Of a stretch of 64,000 bases of DNA, positions 57,762 through 64,000 are shown one piece after another. The DNA lies in NCBI GenBank assembly GCA_026128965.1, contig JAHCIY010000002.1, forward strand, positions 1,936,468 to 2,000,467. The letters run 5' to 3'. Positions within the stretch are counted from its first letter, which is position 1. Each line of letters begins with the position of its first letter. Origin of the DNA: Labilithrix sp. (lineage in GTDB: Bacteria > Myxococcota_A > Polyangia > Polyangiales > Polyangiaceae). Under the pieces are notes generated by a model that did no database searches, was not told the DNA's origin, and saw only the letters and a program-made list of their open reading frames with translations. A program made the position numbers and the translations under genes.

Positions 57762-59843
57762 GTGCTCGGGGCCTCACGACCGCTCTCCCTCTTCTTCGTC
57801 GCGCTCGTCGCCACGACGACGTCGTCGATCGCGGGGTCGAGCGCGAGCGCCTCGGCGGTGGGGGAGCCCGTCACCTTCACCGTCCTCGTGTCCGGCGAGG
57901 AGACGAGCGGCGCGGTCGCGCTGCACGAGGGGACGACCACGCTCGTCGATCCGTGCACGCCGCGCGCGCCGGGGACGTGGACGTGCACGACGAGCTTCAC
58001 GACGCCCGGACCGCACGAGCTCACCGCGGTCCATGGGACGTCGACGTCCGCCGTCTTCACGCACACGGTCGAGGAGGAGGCGGCCGGCGGGTCGATCGCG
58101 TTCGTCGCGCCCGCCGCGCCGAGCGCGACCCTCGGCGAGGCGGTCACGTTCACGGTGCGCGTGAGCGGCGGAGATCCGCGGCCGAGCGGCACCGTCGCGT
58201 GGTCGCTCGTCTCGCAGCCCGCCGGCTCGCCGGAGGTGACGCTCCCCGCGCCGGCGCCCGCGCTCCCGGAGGCGGGGCCGAACGAGGTCTCGCTCACGGT
58301 CCCCCCCACCGAGCTCCGCGCCGGCGCGTACGTGCTCCGCGCGACGTACTCCGGCGACGCGAGCTACCCATCGACGCCGTCGGCCACGTTCACGAAGACG
58401 ATCCTGAGGGCGCCGAGCAGCTTCGTCGTCACGCGCTCGCCGGCCGGCGCGCTCCACTACGGCGACGCCGTGACCTTCACCGCGACGTCCGGCGCGCACG
58501 CCTCCGGCGTCGTGCCCGCGGGCGGCACGGTCACGTTCACCGACGCGATCGACGGGGTCCTCGGCTCCGCCGCCGTCGACGCCGCCGGCGTCGCCGCCGT
58601 CACGCCGGCGCAGCGCCTCAGCGTCGGCGACGGGCACGTCGTGACCGCGACGTACGACGCGACGAACGATCCGAACCTCGGCCCCGGCGCCGCGGAGCTC
58701 GGGCCGTTCGCGGTCGCGCCCGCGGAGCTCGCGGTGACGCTGCTGCCCGCGAGCGTGAGCCCCTCGCGGCCCGGCCACGCGGTGACGTTCAGCGTCGCCG
58801 CGGTCCCGACCAAAGGCCACGGCCAGCCGAACGGCGTCGCGACGATCGTCGACACCTTCGACGGAACGGCGACGACGCTCTGCGGCGGCGGCGGCGCGCC
58901 TGCGTGCACGCGCACCGTGACCGGCGCCGACGACGGCGCGCTGTACTCCGTCACGACGAGCGCGCTCGCGCTCGGCACGCACGCGATCAGCGCGACGTAC
59001 GACGTCGCGAACGATCCGCGCTTCGCGTTCGCCGGCGCCGTCGCCGAGAGCCCGCGCACGCACGCGGTCGATCCGACCGTGCCGTCGATCGTGATCACCT
59101 CGTCGGTGAACCCATCCGTCATCCGGCAGAGCGTCACGTTCCGCGCGATCGTGTCGGTCACGAGCGGGCCGCTCGCGACCGGCGACGTCACGTTCCAGGA
59201 CGGCACCACCGTCCTCGGCGCCGCGCCGCTGACGCCGGAGTCCGCCGCGTCGTCGGCGAGCTTCAGCACGACCGCGCTCGGCGCAGGACAGCACGGCATC
59301 ACCGCGCGCTTCGGCGGCGCGACCGCGACGATCGCTCATCTCGTCGTGAAGGCCTCCACGAAGACGGACCTCGTCGCGGCGCCGGACCCCGCGCCGCTCG
59401 GCGAGCCCGTCGTCCTGACCGCGCGCGTGACGTCGGGCCTCGCGGAGGCGATCGGCGGGACGGTGACGTTCAAGGACGGCGCCGTCATGATCGCGACCAC
59501 GAACGTCGGCGCGGACGGCGTCGCGAGCTACGTCGCGCCGAGCCTCGCCGCCGGCGAGCACGCGCTCACGGCCGAGTACGGCGGCGACGCGGTCTTCGCG
59601 TCGAGCGCGGGCGCGCTCGCGCTCACCGTCGGAGCGACCGCGCCGCCGCCGCCGACCGTCACGCCGCCGGAGGAGCCGGTCGTCCCGAGCGACGCCGGTC
59701 CCGCGAGCGCGCCGTCGACGTCGAGCGGTGGCTGCTCCGCGGCGCCGGGGCGCGCGGGCGCGGGTCCGTCGGCGCTCGCTGCCGCCGTCGCGATCGCCGT
59801 CGCCCGCCGCCGGCGAAGGCGCGGTGCTAACCTGCGCGCGTGA
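57762..59843 (+). CDS. Secreted Ig-like (BIG) domain repeat protein with a MYXO-CTERM sorting signal
   Basis: 693 aa with a GTG start and a signal peptide. It has about six repeats of roughly 100 aa, each ending in …VTFTA/VTFTV/ATYDATNDP… The terminus is SSGGCSAAPGRAGAGPSALAAAVAIAVARRRRRRG. Confidence 0.75.
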   Translation: MLGASRPLSLFFVALVATTTSSIAGSSASASAVGEPVTFTVLVSGEETSGAVALHEGTTTLVDPCTPRAPGTWTCTTSFTTPGPHELTAVHGTSTSAVFTHTVEEEAAGGSIAFVAPAAPSATLGEAVTFTVRVSGGDPRPSGTVAWSLVSQPAGSPEVTLPAPAPALPEAGPNEVSLTVPPTELRAGAYVLRATYSGDASYPSTPSATFTKTILRAPSSFVVTRSPAGALHYGDAVTFTATSGAHASGVVPAGGTVTFTDAIDGVLGSAAVDAAGVAAVTPAQRLSVGDGHVVTATYDATNDPNLGPGAAELGPFAVAPAELAVTLLPASVSPSRPGHAVTFSVAAVPTKGHGQPNGVATIVDTFDGTATTLCGGGGAPACTRTVTGADDGALYSVTTSALALGTHAISATYDVANDPRFAFAGAVAESPRTHAVDPTVPSIVITSSVNPSVIRQSVTFRAIVSVTSGPLATGDVTFQDGTTVLGAAPLTPESAASSASFSTTALGAGQHGITARFGGATATIAHLVVKASTKTDLVAAPDPAPLGEPVVLTARVTSGLAEAIGGTVTFKDGAVMIATTNVGADGVASYVAPSLAAGEHALTAEYGGDAVFASSAGALALTVGATAPPPPTVTPPEEPVVPSDAGPASAPSTSSGGCSAAPGRAGAGPSALAAAVAIAVARRRRRRGANLRA

Positions 59844-60925
59844 CGCTTCCTTTCAAGCCTCCGGTCCCGCCGATGCTGGCGAAGCTGGAGAACGAGATCC
59901 CGGAAGGGGACGAGTGGCTCTACGAGCCGAAGTGGGACGGGTTCCGCGCGATCGTCTTCAAGGACGGCGACACGGTCCAGACGCAGAGCCGTGACCTGAA
60001 GCCGCTCGATCGCTATTTCCCCGAGCTGGCGAAGCCGTTCGCGGAGCAGCTGCCGGAGCGCTGCGTGCTCGACGGCGAGATCGTCATCGCGACGGACGAC
60101 CACCTCGACTTCGACGCGCTCCTCCTCCGCATCCACCCCGCCGCGTCGCGCGTCGCGATGCTCGCGGAAGAGAAGCCGGCGTCGTTCGTCGCGTGGGACC
60201 TCCTCGCGCTCGGCGACGAGGACCTCCGTGCGCTCCCGCAGCTCGAGCGCCGCGAGCGCCTCGAGGAGGTGCTCGCGCACGTGAAGGCGCCGCTCCACGT
60301 GACGCCCGCGACGCGCGACAAGGCGATCGCGCAGGACTGGTTCTCGCGCTTCGAAGGCGCGGGCCTCGACGGCGTGATGGCGAAGCCGGTCGGCGCGCCG
60401 TACCAGCCGAACAAGCGCGCGATGGTGAAGGTGAAGCACGCGCGCACCGCCGACTGCGTCGTCGCAGGCTTCCGCTGGTACAAGGAAGGGAAGGGCACAC
60501 TCGTCGGCTCGCTCCTCCTCGGCCTCTACGACGGCGAGGGCGTGCTCCATCACGTCGGCATCTGCGGCTCCTTCACCCGCGCCCGCCGCGCCGAGCTCGC
60601 GCAGGAGCTCGCGCCGCTCCGCGAGGGCGCGCGCGAGGGCCACCCGTGGCAGAAGTGGGCCGAGTGGCAGGACTCCCACCACGAGGGCGGGCAGCGCCGC
60701 CCGGGCGCGACGAGCCGCTGGAACCGCGGCAAAGACCTCTCCTGGGAGCCGCTCCGCATCGAGCGCGTCGCGGAGGTGGGCTACGATCACTTGCAAGGTA
60801 CACGCTTCCGCCACGCGACCCACTTCAAGCGCTGGCGCCCCGACAAGCCGACCGCCGAGTGCCGCTACGACCAGCTCGACGCGACGCCGGCGATCGAGAT
60901 CCGGAAGATCTTCGGCCGCGACTGA
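59840..60925 (+). CDS. ATP-dependent DNA ligase, LigD ligase-domain-only protein
   Basis: 361 aa. Its GTG start overlaps the upstream stop (GTGA). Motif I is EPKWDGFR (adenylation Lys). Motifs III-V are …VLDGEIV…, …FVAWDLL… and …EGVMAKP…. Confidence 0.85.
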   Translation: MTLPFKPPVPPMLAKLENEIPEGDEWLYEPKWDGFRAIVFKDGDTVQTQSRDLKPLDRYFPELAKPFAEQLPERCVLDGEIVIATDDHLDFDALLLRIHPAASRVAMLAEEKPASFVAWDLLALGDEDLRALPQLERRERLEEVLAHVKAPLHVTPATRDKAIAQDWFSRFEGAGLDGVMAKPVGAPYQPNKRAMVKVKHARTADCVVAGFRWYKEGKGTLVGSLLLGLYDGEGVLHHVGICGSFTRARRAELAQELAPLREGAREGHPWQKWAEWQDSHHEGGQRRPGATSRWNRGKDLSWEPLRIERVAEVGYDHLQGTRFRHATHFKRWRPDKPTAECRYDQLDATPAIEIRKIFGRD

Positions 60926-60962
60926 CCCAGGCCGCGTCGCGCAGGAGGAGCGCCTCCTCGAT

Positions 60963-61430
60963 TCAGTCGCGCGGGACCGCTCGGCGCGCGTGCTCCGCGA
61001 GGAGCGCGCCGGCGAGCTCGAAGAGCGCGATCGCCGCTGAATATGCGTCGGGCGGGGCCTTCGCTGCGAGCTCCGGCGCGCTCGCGACGAGCTTCGCCAC
61101 CTGATCGCTTCGCATCTCGTTCGTCCAGAGGCTCTTCGTGCCGCTCGTCTGGCCGACCGTCCACGTGAGCCGCGCCTGGTGGTTCGTCGTGGAGCGGCTT
61201 CCGTTCGGGACCTCCGGCCGGAGCGCCGCTTCGACGACGCGCGCGACGATCGCGCGCGCCTCGGCCGACGAACGCGGGAGCTCGTGCCCGCCGGCGGAGA
61301 TCGATGCCTCCTCGTTCGACCAGCGCACGACGATGGTGCGCGCCGCGCCGCTGAAGCAGGCGCCGACCTCGACTTCGAGGCGGAGCTCGCCCGCGGGCGC
61401 GGTGGGGAGATCCTCTAGCCGTGCTGCCAT
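60963..61430 (-). CDS. Hypothetical protein (155 aa), immediately downstream of the LigD polymerase-domain gene
   Basis: It starts MAARLEDLPTAPAGELRLEVEVGACFSGAARTIVVRWSNEE… The start lies 15 nt past the stop of the upstream gene. Its composition is normal. Confidence 0.45.
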   Translation of the reverse strand: MAARLEDLPTAPAGELRLEVEVGACFSGAARTIVVRWSNEEASISAGGHELPRSSAEARAIVARVVEAALRPEVPNGSRSTTNHQARLTWTVGQTSGTKSLWTNEMRSDQVAKLVASAPELAAKAPPDAYSAAIALFELAGALLAEHARRAVPRD

Positions 61431-62713
61431 TCCTGGATCGGATCGTAGTCCGGATCGGGCGCTTCTTCCGCGGGGCGGAGCTCCTCGGGGACGTTCTTCA
61501 GGTTCACGCGGACGCGGTACCACGCCGACGAGCGGCCGCGCATCGCGTCGACGAGGTACGCCTCGGGCGGGAGGTACTCGAGGATGGCGGCGTGCTTCGC
61601 CTTCCAGCGCTCGAGGCCCGCGAGGCCCTCCGGCTTGTGCTTCGCCTTCGCGATCGTGATGACGGGCAGCTTCGGACGCGGCGGCGGCTTCGCGCCCTTC
61701 GCGCCCTTCGCTCCTTTCGCGCGGGAGGGCGCGACGCGCGGCGCTTCGCCCGGCGCCTTGCCGAAGTGCGGCGGCCACGGCGCGTCGCCCTGGCCCTCGG
61801 TCTCGAAGCGCTCCGCGAGCTGCAAGAGCGGCTCGATCGAGTAGCTCCGCGCGTCGATCGCCGCGTGCGCGTCGCCGCGCTCGGCGAAGATCGCGGGCAC
61901 CGTGCGGAGCGTGAACGACGCGGGATCGGCCGTCTTCAGGTCCTCCCACGAGAGCGGCATCGACACGCGCGCGTCCTGCGTCGGCCGCACCGAGTACGCG
62001 TTCGAGGTCGTGCGATCGCGCGCGTTCTGGTTGTAGTCGATGAAGACGCCGTGCCGCTCCTCCTTCCACCACTTGCTCGTCGCGATCTTCGGCGCGCGCC
62101 GCTCGATCTCGCGCGCGAGGCCGATCGCGGCGCGGCGCACGACCTCGAACGGCCACCGCTGCTCGATGCGCACCCAGACGTGCACGCCGCGCGAGCCGCT
62201 CGTCTTCGGCCAGCCGACGAGGCCGACGTCGGCGAGGACCTCGCGCGCCACCATCGCCACGTCGATGATCTGGCTCCACGGCACCCCCGGCACCGGGTCG
62301 AGATCGACCCGCAGCTCGTCGGGGTGGTCCATGTCCTCCGCGCGGACGGGGTGCGCGTTGAGGTCGATGCAGCCGAGGTTGATGACCCACGCGAGCTGGG
62401 CGACGTCGCGGACGACGAGCTCGTCGGCGTGACGGCCGGACGGGAACGTGAACGTCGCGACTTCCGTCCAATCCGGACGTTTCGGGGGAGCCCGCTTCTG
62501 GAAGAACGGCTCCTGATCGACGCCGTTCGGGAAGCGCTTCAGCAACATCGGGCGGCCGTAGACGCCGCGCACGGCGCCCTCCGCCACCGCGACGTAGTAC
62601 TGCACGAGGTCGAGCTTCGTGATCCCGAGCTTCGGCCAGAAGAGCTTCGTCGGGTTCGTGATCGTGACCTCGCGCCCCGCGAGCTCGAGGACGGCGGGCT
62701 TCGGCGCCGCCAC
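61415..62713 (-). CDS. NHEJ DNA polymerase/primase (LigD Pol-domain-only protein) with a C-terminal extension of about 120 aa
   Basis: About 432 aa, with a GTG start. It begins MAAPKPAVLELAGREVTITNPTKLFWP. Further Pol-domain motifs include …VINLGCIDLNAHP… and …GSRGVHVWVRIE… The C-terminal tail contains KGAKGAKGAK. The track ORF has an upstream junk extension. Confidence 0.8.
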   Translation of the reverse strand: MAAPKPAVLELAGREVTITNPTKLFWPKLGITKLDLVQYYVAVAEGAVRGVYGRPMLLKRFPNGVDQEPFFQKRAPPKRPDWTEVATFTFPSGRHADELVVRDVAQLAWVINLGCIDLNAHPVRAEDMDHPDELRVDLDPVPGVPWSQIIDVAMVAREVLADVGLVGWPKTSGSRGVHVWVRIEQRWPFEVVRRAAIGLAREIERRAPKIATSKWWKEERHGVFIDYNQNARDRTTSNAYSVRPTQDARVSMPLSWEDLKTADPASFTLRTVPAIFAERGDAHAAIDARSYSIEPLLQLAERFETEGQGDAPWPPHFGKAPGEAPRVAPSRAKGAKGAKGAKPPPRPKLPVITIAKAKHKPEGLAGLERWKAKHAAILEYLPPEAYLVDAMRGRSSAWYRVRVNLKNVPEELRPAEEAPDPDYDPIQEWQHG

Positions 62714-64000
62714 TACAACGCCGCGAGGTTGACGGCGGAGTGCACGAGCGCGACGTGCGACAGCGCCTGGGGGAAGTTGCCGAGCATGCGCTTCGCGGCA
62801 GGGTCGTACTCCTCGGCGAGGAGGCCCACGTCGTTGACGAGCGCCATCAGGCGATCGAAGTGCGCGCGCGCCTCCTCGTGACGGCCGAGGAGCGTGAGCA
62901 CGTCGACGTACCAGAACGAGCACGCGAGGAACGCGCCCTCGCCCGGCGGCAGGCCGTCGACGCCGGGACGCGTGACGTAGCGCGCGACGAAGCCGCCGGA
63001 GAGGAGCCGCCGCTCGACGTCGAGGACGGTGCGGATGATGCGCGGATCGGTCGGCGGCAGGAAGCCGACGATCGGCAAGAAGAGGAGGCTCGCGTCGGGA
63101 TCATTCGCGCCGTAGTACTGCGCGAAGCCTCCCGTCTGCGGGTTATAGCCTTGCGCGCAGACCTCGGCGTGGATCTCGTCGCGGACGGCGCGCCACCGAT
63201 CGAGCGGTCCCTCGAAGCCCCAGCGCTCGATCGACTTCACCGCGCGGTCGAAGGCGACCCAGCACATGACCTTCGAGTGCACGAAGTGGCGCTTCGGTCC
63301 GCGCACCTCCCAGATGCCGTGATCGGGCTCGCGCCAGGCCTTCTCGAGGTGGAGGAGGAGCTGCCGCTCGAGCGCCCAGCCCGCTTCGTTCGGCGTCGCG
63401 GCGAGGCCGCCGAGGCGCGCCTCGTAGAGGGTGGCCGCGACCTCGCCGTAGACGTCGAGCTGCGTCTGCTCGCTCGCGAGGTTGCCGACCCGCACCGGCG
63501 CGCTCCCTTCGTAGCCGGAGAGCCACGGCAGCTCGACCTCGGTGAGCCGCCGCTCGCCCGCGATGCCGTAGAGGATCTGCAGTTGATCGGGCGCGCCCGC
63601 CGCCGCGCGGAGGAGCCAGTCGCGCCACGCGCGCGCCTCCTCGAGGTAACCGGCGCGCAGGAGCGCGTAGAGCGTGAACGTCGCGTCGCGCAGCCAGCAG
63701 AAGCGGTAGTCCCAGTTGCGGACGCCGCCGATGAGCTCCGGGAGCGAGCTCGTCGCCGCCGCGACGATGCCGCCGGTCGGCGCGAACGTGAGCGCCTTCA
63801 GCGTGATGAGCGATCGCTTCACGATCGCGGCATGCGGACCGTCGAGCGCGCAGCGGCTGCTCCACTCCTGCCAGATCGCGTCGCAGCGCGCGAGCGCGGC
63901 CTCGGGATCGAGCGTGGGGATCGGGTGCGACGCGTACGACGGGCTCCAGCGCAGCACGAAATGCGCGCGCTCGCCGGGGCGCACGACGAAGTCGGCGACG
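62713..64000 (-). CDS. Glycoside hydrolase family 15 (glucoamylase/trehalase-like) protein. Partial: the N-terminus lies beyond the window end.
   Basis: The protein contains …WDYRFCWLRDATFTLYALLRAGY… and …GIWEVRGPKRHFVHSKVMCWVAF…, which are motifs of the GH15 (alpha/alpha)6 barrel. The frame stays open to position 64000. Its TAG stop overlaps the GTG of the downstream gene (TAGTG). Confidence 0.8.
   Translation of the reverse strand, partial: VADFVVRPGERAHFVLRWSPSYASHPIPTLDPEAALARCDAIWQEWSSRCALDGPHAAIVKRSLITLKALTFAPTGGIVAAATSSLPELIGGVRNWDYRFCWLRDATFTLYALLRAGYLEEARAWRDWLLRAAAGAPDQLQILYGIAGERRLTEVELPWLSGYEGSAPVRVGNLASEQTQLDVYGEVAATLYEARLGGLAATPNEAGWALERQLLLHLEKAWREPDHGIWEVRGPKRHFVHSKVMCWVAFDRAVKSIERWGFEGPLDRWRAVRDEIHAEVCAQGYNPQTGGFAQYYGANDPDASLLFLPIVGFLPPTDPRIIRTVLDVERRLLSGGFVARYVTRPGVDGLPPGEGAFLACSFWYVDVLTLLGRHEEARAHFDRLMALVNDVGLLAEEYDPAAKRMLGNFPQALSHVALVHSAVNLAAL

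Overview
This is a 64 kb, very GC-rich (~70%) chromosomal segment that looks myxobacterial (Myxococcota). Supporting that assignment: two large secreted proteins end in MYXO-CTERM-type sorting signals (a GC-motif, a hydrophobic helix, then an RRRR tail), there is a thrombospondin-type-3/OmpA protein, many genes carry lipoprotein lipoboxes, and starts and stops frequently overlap (ATGA, GTGA, TAGTG). I call about 51 protein-coding genes. Because of the GC content, almost every antisense or out-of-frame ORF in the six-frame track is an Arg/Ala/Gly-rich artefact. I picked the real frame by residue composition and recognisable motifs. I found no rRNA, tRNA, CRISPR array, transposase or integrase.

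The clearest multi-gene system is at the left edge. It is a complete four-gene NHLM/NHLP-type bacteriocin (RiPP) export cassette on the minus strand: a cNMP-binding accessory protein, then HlyD, then a C39-peptidase ABC transporter, then a second ABC transporter that runs off the window start. No precursor peptide gene is present in the window.

The other regions worth a second look are:
- a translationally coupled DUF1266-like/zinc-ribbon, SMI1/KNR4 (SUKH), WD40 operon that diverges from the exporter;
- a YkgJ-type cysteine-cluster protein coupled to a SAM-dependent methyltransferase;
- an Uma2-family nuclease carrying an in-frame (GREE)8 tetrapeptide repeat;
- a divergent pair of a TetR regulator and a secreted FGE-sulfatase-domain protein;
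- an ~1,875 aa lipoprotein made of many WD40/beta-propeller repeats with a C-terminal caspase (C14, His/Cys dyad) domain;
- a split LigD locus with separate ligase-domain and polymerase-domain genes and no Ku gene in the window;
- a 33-36 bp intergenic tandem repeat, and a nested hairpin in a 5' leader.

Coordinates for starts that I refined by hand may be off by +/-1-3 nt. Every function is inferred from motifs read in the translated sequence; I ran no database search.
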